A stretch of 64,000 nt of DNA from Deltaproteobacteria bacterium. Its GTDB lineage: Bacteria > Myxococcota > Kuafuiibacteriia > Kuafuiibacteriales > Kuafuiibacteriaceae. The translations under genes and the position numbers were made by a program. The notes beneath the pieces are model-generated. The model saw only the letters and a program-made list of their open reading frames with translations, had not been told where the DNA came from and ran no database searches. The stretch lies in contig JAVJQW010000006.1 in assembly GCA_040218735.1 (NCBI GenBank), positions 128,001-192,000 of the forward strand, given 5' to 3'. Each line of letters opens with the position of its first letter. Within the stretch, counting starts at the first letter, position 1. Below, in pieces: positions 1 through 9,817 of the stretch.

Positions 1-340
1 GCAGGCGGCGGCGCAGGCCAAGGGCGCCAAGATGGGCGCGACGACCAAGGCCAAGAACAGCGTGGCGAACGCGCTGGACGCCTTCGACCGGATGGAGGAG
101 CGGATCATCCGCGCCGAGGTCGAGGCGGAGGTCATCAGCGAGGGCGATCCGGCCCTCCTGGAGGCCGGCCCGCCGATCAACGTCGAGGCCGAGCGCGCCC
201 TGCAGGCGCTCAAGGCCAAGATGAAGGCGCTCCCGTCGGGCGCCGAGGCCGAGCCCGAGCCCCCCGAGGCCCCCGATCCGGCCGCCGCGTCGGCGGTCGA
301 CGACCACCTGGCCGAGCTGAAGCAGAAGCTGGGGCAGTAG
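1..340 (+). CDS. pspA: PspA/IM30 family protein, C-terminal part (starts before window)
   Basis: Frame is open from window start; 'ALDAFDRMEERI..AE.EAE' and terminal 'VDDHLAELKQKLG' are typical PspA C-terminal motifs. Confidence 0.8.
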   Translation, partial: QAAAQAKGAKMGATTKAKNSVANALDAFDRMEERIIRAEVEAEVISEGDPALLEAGPPINVEAERALQALKAKMKALPSGAEAEPEPPEAPDPAAASAVDDHLAELKQKLGQ

Positions 341-372
341 CCGTAGCGAAAATTGGGTAACATCCCCGCACG

Positions 373-2169
373 TTGACGACCGACGCCCTGCATGGAGGAG
401 CCCCCGGCGACGCGGGCCTGGACGAAGAGGAACAGGCGGCGCGCCAGGCGGCCGACGTGTTCTTCCTGCTCCTCAAGGGCATCAAGAACATCAACATCTA
501 CCGGCACGCGGAGACGCGGTTCGCCGAGTACCTCGAGCCGGCGCACCAGGCGCTCGAGACGTTCCTCGCCGCCCACGACATCCTGCCGCTCAAGCTCACG
601 CCGTACACGCTCGAGTTCAAGAAACACGTCATCTACCAGGACGAGGATCGCGAGAACCTCACCTACCGCTTCTACAAGGACGGGATGCGGTACCTCATGT
701 TCCGCAAGGGCATGCCGCCCGAGGAGCTGCTCAGGTTCGTGATGCTCGCCACGGAGCGGCGCAGCGACGCCGCGCTCTTCCAAGAGGACATGATCACGCG
801 CCTCTGGAAGGAGCAGTTCGAGTTCATCGAGTACGTCGTCGTCGAGGGCTTCGGGTTCGGCGACCTTTCCGAGGAAGAGGTCGAGATCGAGGTCGAGAAG
901 ATCGTCGCGTACCTGAGAAAGCAGCTCTCCGCGAACTCCGACGACATCACGCGCTTCGCTCGCCTGTCCGCGGAGGACCTCGAGCTGGAGCTGACCGACG
1001 TCGACCAGATGCGCGGCGGCATCATCTCGGGGCGCACCGCGACCGACGGCGACCGCGCGCAGGTGCAGGAGGAGCTCTTCCAGGAGGCCAAGAAGCGCCT
1101 CTTCGCGAAGATGGTGCTGATCCTGTTCCAGATCCTGGAGCTCGAGTGCGACGTCGACGACTACGAGATGATGCTCGAGGCCTTTACGCAGGTCCTCGAC
1201 ACGCTCCTCGTCTCCGAGGACGTGAAGGGCGCCGTCGCGTTGCTCCAGCGCTTCGACAAGATCGCGGAGCGGCCGCTCCCGAAGGGCCGGATCCAGCTCG
1301 TCACCAAGATGGCGGGGGTGTTCCGGCGGCGCATGGCGGAGCCGCACCGCCTCGACTCCGTCGGCCAGTACCTGATGCTCAACCGCGACCTCGACGAGGG
1401 CGCGGTGCACGCCTACCTGTCGGTGTGCGGCGAAGAGGAGCTGTTGCACCTCGTCGAGATGCTCGCGGGGATGGAGCGCCAGGACGCGCGCGCCATCATG
1501 ATCAACGTGCTCGCGGAGCTTGGCCGTAGTCACGTCGACGTGTTCGCACGACGGCTCGACCACAACTCGTCGAACGTCGTGAAGGACATGCTGGCGATCA
1601 TCCACAAGATCAACCCGGACAACAAAATCCAGCTGATCAGCCGCTGCCTCGATCACCCGAACATCATGATCCGCCTGGAGGGGCTCAAGACCCTCGCGAA
1701 GTCCAAGGAGGACATCTCGCTGAGGTACATCGAGAAGGCGATGCGGGACGAGGACATCCAGATGCGCGTCGGTGCCTACCGTGCGCTCGCGACGCGCGCG
1801 CCGAAGCGCGCGGCGCCGCTGTTCGTGAAGGCGATGCAGGCGGACGACTTCCTCCAGCGCGACAACCGCGAGCGCATCGCGATCGCGACGGCGCTCGGCG
1901 AGACCCGGTCGGAGGTGGCGCTCGACTACCTCAAGTCGCTCTTCACGCAGAAGGGTGGGCTGTTCTCCCGCGGCAAGGCGAACGACATGAAGACCATGGC
2001 CGTCATCGGCCTCGCGGCGATGAAGAACGTCTCGGCGTTCAAGGTGCTCGCCGCGCAAGTGCAGAACCGCGACAACCCCAAGGAGGTCATGGAGTCGGCG
2101 CACAAGGCGGCGTTGCGTCTGAAGCAGGAGATCAAGGCGAAGCGCGCGGAGGCGAAGAAACATGGCTGA
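373..2169 (+). CDS. HEAT-repeat protein with conserved N-terminal alpha/beta domain
   Basis: 598 aa; C-terminal HEAT-like repeats (LDHPNIMIRLEGLKTLA, DEDIQMRVGAYRALA); stop overlaps next gene. Confidence 0.8.
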   Translation: MTTDALHGGAPGDAGLDEEEQAARQAADVFFLLLKGIKNINIYRHAETRFAEYLEPAHQALETFLAAHDILPLKLTPYTLEFKKHVIYQDEDRENLTYRFYKDGMRYLMFRKGMPPEELLRFVMLATERRSDAALFQEDMITRLWKEQFEFIEYVVVEGFGFGDLSEEEVEIEVEKIVAYLRKQLSANSDDITRFARLSAEDLELELTDVDQMRGGIISGRTATDGDRAQVQEELFQEAKKRLFAKMVLILFQILELECDVDDYEMMLEAFTQVLDTLLVSEDVKGAVALLQRFDKIAERPLPKGRIQLVTKMAGVFRRRMAEPHRLDSVGQYLMLNRDLDEGAVHAYLSVCGEEELLHLVEMLAGMERQDARAIMINVLAELGRSHVDVFARRLDHNSSNVVKDMLAIIHKINPDNKIQLISRCLDHPNIMIRLEGLKTLAKSKEDISLRYIEKAMRDEDIQMRVGAYRALATRAPKRAAPLFVKAMQADDFLQRDNRERIAIATALGETRSEVALDYLKSLFTQKGGLFSRGKANDMKTMAVIGLAAMKNVSAFKVLAAQVQNRDNPKEVMESAHKAALRLKQEIKAKRAEAKKHG

Positions 2170-3538
2170 CAAGGAGTCGATGCGGCTTCGCGACGACTGG
2201 GATCCCAGTCAGAGCGCGTTCCAGCAGGACGACGGCAAGTACGACGGGCTGTCGAAGCCGTCGGGCATCGACGACGGCACCTCCGCGAAGCGCGATCAGA
2301 AGCTGCAGCAGCTCGGCAAGCAGATCGCGTCGACGCTCTACATGCTCGTGCGCAACGTGAAGATCCACGCGCCCGACAACAAGATCTTCCTCAAGCCGAT
2401 CGACACCCTGCGTGAAGCGATGAACCGCGTCATCGCGACGGAGCGTCAACTCAACTTGCACGCCTCCGAGACGATCATCTACCTCAACAACACGCAGCTG
2501 AAGTTCGACTTCGGCGCGCTCGAGAGCGTGAAGTTCCTGACCGCGGAGTTCGAGCGTCGCGACATCGGCGGCTTCTCGACGAACCGCCCGGTGACGTCGC
2601 AGGAGATCCGCGACTTCCTCTACATCTTCAGCGCGGAGTACGCCGGCTCCGCGAAGGAGGACGGCGCGGAGGGGCGTGAGCTCCCATCGATGCGCCTCGC
2701 GCGTTACGCGCAGGTGAAGGAGCTGCTCGACAAGCTCCAAGCGGAGCCAGACCTCGACCAGCAGATCGACCGCAAGAAGTACCTGATGACGGTGTACTCG
2801 CGCGCGATCTTCTTCATGCGCGTCTACTTCGACAAGGTCGAGCGCGGGGACTACTCGCTGCCGATCGCGAAGGCCGGCCGCCTCGTGCAGGACCTCGTGG
2901 ACCTGTCGCACGATCAGCGGACGCACTTCCTGGGCGTCACCACCACGCGCAGCGACACCGACTACCTGCCGTACCACTCGGTGAACACGATGCTCTTGTG
3001 CGTGGTGTTCGGGGCGGAGCTCGGGCTCGACAAACGTCAGCTGCACGAGCTGGGGATGGCGGCGATGTTTTCGCAGGTCGGGCTCGTCGGCATCTCGGAG
3101 GACATCCTCGCGCGCAAGGGCGGGCTCACGGACGAGGAGCGCAAGGAGATCGACCTGTTCCCGCTGCGGTCCGCGAAGAAGATCCTGTTCTCCCGCGGCC
3201 TGGACAAGTCGACGATGGCGCGCATCGTGGCGGCCTACGAGAGCAAGGTCGACTACGCGATCCCGCGCCGGACGGCGGACGGGGAGATCGAGCTGGTGAT
3301 GCCGAAGATGGGCCTGGGCATCTACGGCAAGATCATCGCGATCTGCGAGACCTACGACGCGCTGACCTCCAAGCGGCCGTTCCGGGAGGCCTATGGCCCG
3401 GAGATCGCGCTGGCGCTGATGTCGAGCGAGATCAAGTACAAGTTCGATCCGGTGCTGCTCCGGGTGTTCATGAAGGTCATGGCGATTCAGCCGATCAAGA
3501 TCATGAGCGACGGCGAGCGAAACCTGCGCATCGGATGA
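2162..3538 (+). CDS. HD-GYP family protein, catalytically degenerate
   Basis: YHSVNT, 'ILARKGGLTDEE', 'IAICETYDALTSKRPFR' and 'KFDP' retained; HD replaced by SQ, HHE and GYP motifs absent. Confidence 0.8.
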   Translation: MADKESMRLRDDWDPSQSAFQQDDGKYDGLSKPSGIDDGTSAKRDQKLQQLGKQIASTLYMLVRNVKIHAPDNKIFLKPIDTLREAMNRVIATERQLNLHASETIIYLNNTQLKFDFGALESVKFLTAEFERRDIGGFSTNRPVTSQEIRDFLYIFSAEYAGSAKEDGAEGRELPSMRLARYAQVKELLDKLQAEPDLDQQIDRKKYLMTVYSRAIFFMRVYFDKVERGDYSLPIAKAGRLVQDLVDLSHDQRTHFLGVTTTRSDTDYLPYHSVNTMLLCVVFGAELGLDKRQLHELGMAAMFSQVGLVGISEDILARKGGLTDEERKEIDLFPLRSAKKILFSRGLDKSTMARIVAAYESKVDYAIPRRTADGEIELVMPKMGLGIYGKIIAICETYDALTSKRPFREAYGPEIALALMSSEIKYKFDPVLLRVFMKVMAIQPIKIMSDGERNLRIG

Positions 3539-3596
3539 GGCCGCACCCAATGTCATTGCCTCGGTGCGTCATGAGGCGCTAGACCCACCCCGTCGC

Positions 3597-5273
3597 ATGA
3601 GCGCGCAGCACCAACGACTCTTCGATGCCCGTCAGCGCAACGCCGTCCTCGACGAGGTCGACGGCGGCGACTTCGATCTCGTCGTCGTCGGCGGCGGAAT
3701 CAACGGCGCGGGGGTCGCGCACGACGCGGCCCTCCGCGGGTTGCGGGTGCTCCTCGTCGAGCAGCGCGACTTCGCGTTCGGGACGTCGAGCCGATCCAGC
3801 AAACTGATCCACGGCGGCTTGAGGTACCTCGAGCACTACCAGTTCAAGCTGGTGTTCGAGGGGACCAACGAACGCGCGGCGCTGCGCAGGATCGCGCCGC
3901 ACCTCGTGCGCCCGCTGATGTTCGCGCTTCCGGTGTACGAAGGCGACCGGCACCCGCTGTGGCTGATGGACGTCGGCCTGTGGATGTACGACAGCCTGTC
4001 GCTGTTCAAGGTCGAGAAGCGCCACATCACGCTGCGCTCGTCGAAGCGGATGCTCGAGCGCGAGCCGCTGCTCAACCCCGACGGGCTCACCGGCGGCATC
4101 ATCTACTACGACTGCATGACCGACGACGCGCGGATGACGCTCGAGAACGCGATCGCCGCGACGGAGCTCGGGTCGCCGGTGCTCACGCGCGCGAAGGTCG
4201 TGGGGGTGAGCGGCCTGGAAGGGGACGCCACACCGCGCGTCGCGATCCGCGACGGCATCACGGACCGCCTGATCGAGGTGTCCGCGCGGGGCGTCGTGAA
4301 CTGCACGGGGGCGTGGACCGACAAGACGCGCAGCCTCGCGCAGGTCGAGGATCAGATCGTTCGGCCGACGAAGGGCGTGCACATCGTCGTCGAGCACGAC
4401 CGTCTGCCGTGCTCGCAGGCGAGCGCGCTCCTCGCGCCGCAGGACGGACGGGTCTTCTTCGCGATCCCCTGGCACGGGCGCACGGTGCTCGGGACGACCG
4501 ACACGGACTTCGAGGGCGACCCCGGCGAGATCGGCGTGACGCTCGACGACGTGCAGTATCTGCTCGCCGCCGCCAACCACCACTTCCCCGGCCAGAACCT
4601 CACGCCGGACGACGTGTTCGCGACATGGGCCGGCCTGAGGCCGCTGATCAAACCGGACGACGCCGCTTCGGAGTCGGACGTGCCGCGTGAGCACAAGCTC
4701 TACCGCGACGGGCGCATGGTCACGATCGCCGGCGGCAAGCTCACGACCTACCGGCGCATGGCCGCGGAGACGGTCGACGTCGCGGCGCAGGTCGCCGACC
4801 TCAAGGTGCCGGGCTCGAAGTCCGCGAAGGCGAAGCTCCCCGGGGCGCGCGGGCTCACGAAGGACTTCGACGCGCTGGCCGAGGAGCTTCAGAAGCAGGC
4901 CGACCTCCCCGAGGACGTCGCGCAGCGGCTCGCCAACGTCTACGGGTCACGCGCGAAGGACGTCGCGGCCTACGTCTCGACCGACAAGGCGATGCGGGAT
5001 CGCATCACCCCGGACCGCGACGCGATCTTCGCGGAGGTCGCCTTCGCGGTGGAGCGCGAGCTCGCGTTGTCGGTGGACGACGTCATGGTGCGTCGGACCT
5101 CGCTGACGCTCACCGCGAAGGACCAGGGGATGAGCGCGGTGGAGCGCGTCGCCGACGTGATGGGTGAGCGCCTCGGTTGGACCGACGCCGAGCGACAGGC
5201 GAGCCTCGACGAGTACGCGCACTCGGTTGCGTTGTCGCGCGGCTTCCGAACGGAGCTGGAAAAGAGCGCGTGA
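3597..5273 (+). CDS. glpD: FAD-dependent glycerol-3-phosphate dehydrogenase
   Basis: GGGINGAG FAD motif, GTSSRSSKLIHGGLRYLE, GTTD, AGLRPL, GGKLTTYR; ATG 3597 preferred over GTG 3564. Confidence 0.93.
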   Translation: MSAQHQRLFDARQRNAVLDEVDGGDFDLVVVGGGINGAGVAHDAALRGLRVLLVEQRDFAFGTSSRSSKLIHGGLRYLEHYQFKLVFEGTNERAALRRIAPHLVRPLMFALPVYEGDRHPLWLMDVGLWMYDSLSLFKVEKRHITLRSSKRMLEREPLLNPDGLTGGIIYYDCMTDDARMTLENAIAATELGSPVLTRAKVVGVSGLEGDATPRVAIRDGITDRLIEVSARGVVNCTGAWTDKTRSLAQVEDQIVRPTKGVHIVVEHDRLPCSQASALLAPQDGRVFFAIPWHGRTVLGTTDTDFEGDPGEIGVTLDDVQYLLAAANHHFPGQNLTPDDVFATWAGLRPLIKPDDAASESDVPREHKLYRDGRMVTIAGGKLTTYRRMAAETVDVAAQVADLKVPGSKSAKAKLPGARGLTKDFDALAEELQKQADLPEDVAQRLANVYGSRAKDVAAYVSTDKAMRDRITPDRDAIFAEVAFAVERELALSVDDVMVRRTSLTLTAKDQGMSAVERVADVMGERLGWTDAERQASLDEYAHSVALSRGFRTELEKSA

Positions 5274-5274
5274 C

Positions 5275-5733
5275 GTGGAGGCGTTGCACCCGGTCGCGAT
5301 TCACCTCCCCATCGCACTGATCCTGCTCGCGCCGATCGTCGACGCGCTCGGACTCTTCACGAACAGCACGCACCTGTCGCGGTTGGCGGTGGGGTTCTAC
5401 GTTGCGATCGTCGTCACAGCGCTGTTCGCCACGGCGACCGGCCAGGCGGCGTTCGACGTCGCGGTCGAGGGGGGCGTCACCGGTGAGCTCCTCAACACCC
5501 ACGCGGACGACGCGAACCTCGTCCCGTGGCTGTCGATCGTGGTGGTGGTGGTGCGTTTCGTCGCACCGCAGAAGCTCGGCCGAGCGGGGCGCTTCGTCGC
5601 CCTCGCGCTGGGCGTGGCGCTGTGGCCGTTCATCTACCTGGTCGGCGACAGTGGGGGAGACCTGGTGTACCAGCACGGCATCGGCGTCCGCCCGGCGGCG
5701 GAACGCACGACGGAAGGTGCGCCCGAACGTTGA
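5275..5733 (+). CDS. DUF2231-like membrane protein
   Basis: LHPVAIHLPIAL N-terminus, 4 TM segments, C-terminal GGDLVYQHGIG; GTG 1 nt after glpD stop. Confidence 0.75.
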   Translation: MEALHPVAIHLPIALILLAPIVDALGLFTNSTHLSRLAVGFYVAIVVTALFATATGQAAFDVAVEGGVTGELLNTHADDANLVPWLSIVVVVVRFVAPQKLGRAGRFVALALGVALWPFIYLVGDSGGDLVYQHGIGVRPAAERTTEGAPER

Positions 5734-5766
5734 AGTACCGGGCGTTTATCGGCTAAGCGTACCGTC

Positions 5767-6981
5767 GTGCCCGGGCGGCCCTTCATCCTCGTCGTCGGCC
5801 TGGTGCTGACCGCCGCGCTCTGGGCGCGGACCGCGACGGCGAACGTGGTCGTCTTCCCGCTCGACCCGCGCGGCGTCGCCTACGACACCGCCGACCGCGG
5901 CACGAAGAACATCCTCTCCACGATGCGCGACCTGAAGGGGCTCCGCGTCATCGATCCGAAGACGGTCGCGCGGAAGATCGGCGTCGACCTCACCGAGCAG
6001 GCGAAGAAGTGTGAGTACGACGTCTTCTGCCTGGTCGAGATCGGCGAGATCCTGGAGGGCGACTTCGTCCTCATCGGCCACCTTCGCCAGCAGGGGGAGG
6101 GGGCCGAGCGAAAGCTCGAGCTGAAGCTCATCGTCCTCGACGTCGCGCGCGCGAGCATCACCGAGGTGTTGATCTGGAACGTCTCCGCCAACGAGGAGCG
6201 CGCGCTGGACGACGCGACGAGGACCGCGCCCCGACGTCTGTTCGGGGCGTCCGACGTCAAAGTGGTCTGGAACGTCGAACCCGACGACGCGGAGATCTTC
6301 GTCTACGGCGATCCACTCAAACGACCCAAGCCTGGTGCGCCGGTGCCGTACTGGTCGGGGGTCTATCACGTGCGCCTGGAGCGGGCCGGCTACCACCCGC
6401 TCGATCAGCGCATCCGCATCCCGCAGAAGAAGGCGGGCGTGGTCTCGATCGACATCGAGATGGAGCAGGACCCCCTCTACGTCGCGAAGCGCGAGGCGGG
6501 TGGCGATGTGACGCCGTTCGACAAGTCGTCGCGCCGAGAGGGGAGCGGTGTCTCGGCGCAGGTCGTCGGCGCGCTCCCGGACGACGACCAGGCATCCTCG
6601 GCGCTGGCCAACCCCTTTGCGTGGGCGGCCGTCGGCGTGGGCGTCGCGACCATCGTGGTCGGCTCCGTCGTCATGTCGGGCGCGCAGTCGAAGTACAACG
6701 CGCTCGCGCAGGAGGGGCGGTTCATGATGGGCACCGCCGCGACCGCTTCGATCGCGTCGCGGATGCGCGACGACCACCGCTCGACCTACACGACGGGGAG
6801 TGTGGTGGTCGGCGTCGGTGCCGCGGCGATCGTTGGAGGCATCGTGTGGATGCTCGTCGACGCCGCGCTCGCGGAGGACCCCGAGGAGCAGAGCAGTCGC
6901 ATGACCTCGCTCGACCCGGCGTCGGTGGACCGCGTCGCCGCGGCGTGGGCGCAGTCGCTCTACGGGCGAGGTGGTCCGTGA
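5767..6981 (+). CDS. Secreted PEGA-domain protein with C-terminal membrane segments
   Basis: Signal peptide; 'VEPDDAEIFVYG...GVYHVRLERAGY' PEGA signature; two C-terminal Gly-rich hydrophobic helices. Confidence 0.7.
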   Translation: MPGRPFILVVGLVLTAALWARTATANVVVFPLDPRGVAYDTADRGTKNILSTMRDLKGLRVIDPKTVARKIGVDLTEQAKKCEYDVFCLVEIGEILEGDFVLIGHLRQQGEGAERKLELKLIVLDVARASITEVLIWNVSANEERALDDATRTAPRRLFGASDVKVVWNVEPDDAEIFVYGDPLKRPKPGAPVPYWSGVYHVRLERAGYHPLDQRIRIPQKKAGVVSIDIEMEQDPLYVAKREAGGDVTPFDKSSRREGSGVSAQVVGALPDDDQASSALANPFAWAAVGVGVATIVVGSVVMSGAQSKYNALAQEGRFMMGTAATASIASRMRDDHRSTYTTGSVVVGVGAAAIVGGIVWMLVDAALAEDPEEQSSRMTSLDPASVDRVAAAWAQSLYGRGGP

Positions 6982-7361
6982 GAAGGCTGTTCCCGATCCT
7001 GTTCCTGCTGCTCGCATCGTGCGGGCTCGGCGAGCGCGACGACTTCATGATCGGTCGTGCGTGCGTCGAGAGCGCGCCGGACCCGTGCGACGAGGGGCAG
7101 GTCTGCCTCCCGCACAGCTTCGACAACAACAACTACGGCGACTTCAGGTGCCGCGACTTCGCGAGCTTCACGAGCATCGCCGGACTCGCCGAGCCACCGC
7201 TCGCCTACTGCGATGGCTCGCGGCACGTGTGCCCGGACGGGCTGGTGTGCCGGCCGGATCGCATCCGCGTCGACGGGGGGCCGCGCCCCAGCGTTTGTAA
7301 GTCGCCGGACGACGTCTTCACGCCCCCGAACTTCGACGCGGGTGTGAGCGGGGGCGACTGA
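6978..7361 (+). CDS. Small Cys-rich lipoprotein
   Basis: GTGA overlap with upstream stop; lipobox LLASC; several mature Cys; ends in FDAG motif. Confidence 0.7.
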   Translation: MRRLFPILFLLLASCGLGERDDFMIGRACVESAPDPCDEGQVCLPHSFDNNNYGDFRCRDFASFTSIAGLAEPPLAYCDGSRHVCPDGLVCRPDRIRVDGGPRPSVCKSPDDVFTPPNFDAGVSGGD

Positions 7362-7362
7362 C

Positions 7363-8532
7363 TTGTCCGCCTCCGCGCTCCTCCTGGGAGCGGTCCTGAC
7401 CTTCGGCGCGAGCGACGGGACGAAGCTTTCGCTCACGGTCACGCTCACCGAATCGTCGACGCTCGCCTTGGACTGGGGCGGCCTGACCGTGACCTCTACG
7501 GCGCCCGCGCGACGGCACTACTTCCGCGACCTGCCGACGCCGCGCCTGTCGCCGCTCGTCTATCACCTCGACGCACGCGGCGGTCGCATGCTCGAGGAGA
7601 CGGTCAAACCCATTCCCCCCGACGGTCCGCTGCTGGTGGCGCTCTACGGTGACAGCCGCGACGGGGACGGTCCGCACCGTCGCATCGCGCGGACGATCGC
7701 CGACGTGGGGCCGGACGTCGTCGTGCACACCGGCGACGTCATTCACAAGGCGGGGGACGCGGCCGGGTGGGTCAACCACCTCTCCGCGACGCTCCCGATG
7801 ACCTCGGCGTCGCCGCTCGTCTATGCGCTCGGCAACCACGAGCTGTGGCAGTACTGGCGCATCCCCAAGGAGGAGCGGATCGACGCGTACGCGGCGGTGA
7901 TGGCGGAGCTCCCGGCGCCCGAGGATCCGCTCGCGGAGAAACACGGTGCGCCGCCCGGCGTGTACCACGTGCGCGTCGGACCGGCGTTGTTCATCGCGCT
8001 CGACAGCAACCAACCGATCGCGGCGGGGGCGCCGCAGGGCAAGTTCCTCGAAGAGGTCCTCGAGAACGAGCCGGCGCAGTATCGGTTCATCGCGTTGCAC
8101 CACGGTCCGCTCTCGTCAGGACGTCACGGCGGGAGCGAAGCCGGGCCCTACCTCATGGACGTCGCCGATCGGCACGACGTCACCGCGATCCTCGCGGGGC
8201 ACGATCACCTCTACGAGCGCATCGTGCAGCGCGACGTCACGGTGCTCGTGTCGGGCGGCGGTGGGGCGCCGCTGTACCGCCGCTGGCGAACCGTCGACGG
8301 ATCCAAGGCGTTCGTCTCGACCTACCACTGGGTGCGCATGATGCTCGGCGCGGAAGACGCGACGGTCGAAGCCTACGGACTGGAGGGGACGCTGCTCGAT
8401 CGCGCCGCGCTCCCCGCGGCGAAGGAAGGACACGACGGGCGCGCGCCGCTCGGCGTCCTGATCGCCGGGCTCGCGGTTCTGTTCGCGGGGCTCTTGTTCG
8501 CGCTCTACCGGATCGTGTTCAGCGCTCGCTGA
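7363..8532 (+). CDS. Metallophosphoesterase (purple acid phosphatase-like), exported, C-terminal TM anchor
   Basis: Motifs YGDSR, HTGDV, GNHE, HH.P, GHDHLY. Confidence 0.85.
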   Translation: MSASALLLGAVLTFGASDGTKLSLTVTLTESSTLALDWGGLTVTSTAPARRHYFRDLPTPRLSPLVYHLDARGGRMLEETVKPIPPDGPLLVALYGDSRDGDGPHRRIARTIADVGPDVVVHTGDVIHKAGDAAGWVNHLSATLPMTSASPLVYALGNHELWQYWRIPKEERIDAYAAVMAELPAPEDPLAEKHGAPPGVYHVRVGPALFIALDSNQPIAAGAPQGKFLEEVLENEPAQYRFIALHHGPLSSGRHGGSEAGPYLMDVADRHDVTAILAGHDHLYERIVQRDVTVLVSGGGGAPLYRRWRTVDGSKAFVSTYHWVRMMLGAEDATVEAYGLEGTLLDRAALPAAKEGHDGRAPLGVLIAGLAVLFAGLLFALYRIVFSAR

Positions 8533-9661
8533 TCACGAACGGCATGTCGACGATGCGGGACTTCTCGTCGGTGCGCACGCGGATCCGCCGCGACGCGTGG
8601 CCATCCAGCTGAAGCTCGAGCTCGACGAACGGGAGATCGGCGGACACCACGAGGTCGTAGGGGGCGGTGGCGATGACACCACTGACGCCGACGCGACGAA
8701 TCGCCGCGCCCGCCGGGCGGGAGATGATCTTGATGACCGACCACTGCCCCGACGGCTCGTGGTGCACCCCCGAGAAGCTCGCTTCGCCGAACTCGTCTTC
8801 CTCCTCGAAGCTCGTGCAGTCCTGTTCGGGCACGAGCGGGGACAGCGCGAGGCGGACGTCGTCGAGGGTGGGGCGCTGCTCGGGGTCGGTCGAGACACAC
8901 CGGTTGATGAGGTCCGTGAGCGTCTGCGCGTAGGGCACCGCCGGGAGCCCGACGGCCACCGCCCGCCCGCGGTCCGAGGTCTCCGCGTAGAGCTGCCGGC
9001 CGGTGAGTATCTCGTAGAGGATCTCACCCACGGCGTAGACGTCGGCGGCGGTGGACGCGTTCGGCCGCCCGAACTGCTCCGGGGCCAGGTACGCGAGGTC
9101 GCCGTGGGGGCGCGTCGAGTCCGGGGCGATGCGCCCCGCGATGTGGGAGAAGCCGAACCCGGTGATCAGCGTGCGCGGCGCGGTCGAAGCGTCCGGGTCG
9201 ATCGGTTCCGCGGCGAAGACGTTCGATGGCGTGAGGTTTCCGTGGACCACGCCGGATTGGTGGCAGGCGCGCAGGCCGTGCACGAGCTGACAGACGAGGG
9301 CCAGCGCGGTCTCGGGGGTCACGCCTTCGCGTGCGATCTGATGGAACGACGGCCCCTCCACGAAGGGGGTCACGAGCGCGACCTGGCGGGGCTCGCCCTC
9401 GTCGACGACCTCGACGAGGTCCACCACGTTCGGGTGCCGAAGGTCGTTGGCGAAGCGCGCCTCGTGGATCGACCGCTCCAGCAGCGCCGGGGTATCGACG
9501 ACGTGCCGGGCGAGGACCCGAACACAGCAGGAGTTCCCTCCTTCCGCGTGCGTACCGAGGTAGACCTGACCGAGGCGGTCGACGTCCAGGATGGCCTGCA
9601 GGCGGTAGGCCCCTACGGCTTCGAGCCGAAGCGCGGGGTCCAGGGAGTCAGAGTGCGCCAC
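8519..9661 (-). CDS. Ser/Thr protein kinase-fold protein (probable pseudokinase) with C-terminal PEGA-like domain
   Basis: LRHPNVV, YLAPEQ, DVYAVG.ILYEILTG retained; VAIK->CVRV, HRD->HGN, DFG->GFG; start GTG 9661 chosen (ORF-track extension overlaps opposite genes). Confidence 0.8.
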   Translation of the reverse strand: MAHSDSLDPALRLEAVGAYRLQAILDVDRLGQVYLGTHAEGGNSCCVRVLARHVVDTPALLERSIHEARFANDLRHPNVVDLVEVVDEGEPRQVALVTPFVEGPSFHQIAREGVTPETALALVCQLVHGLRACHQSGVVHGNLTPSNVFAAEPIDPDASTAPRTLITGFGFSHIAGRIAPDSTRPHGDLAYLAPEQFGRPNASTAADVYAVGEILYEILTGRQLYAETSDRGRAVAVGLPAVPYAQTLTDLINRCVSTDPEQRPTLDDVRLALSPLVPEQDCTSFEEEDEFGEASFSGVHHEPSGQWSVIKIISRPAGAAIRRVGVSGVIATAPYDLVVSADLPFVELELQLDGHASRRIRVRTDEKSRIVDMPFVISER

Positions 9662-9817
9662 CAGGTGACTGTAGCCCAAACGGATGGGGGGCGCCGCAGC
9701 CGCGCGGCGCGTGTCTCGACTCGATCCGTCCACGCCGAGTACGCGTTCGAGGACGAGACACGGCGGGGGTCGGAAGGTGGGTTGCAGGCCGACCTCGTTC
9801 GGCGTTACGTCAGCCCC

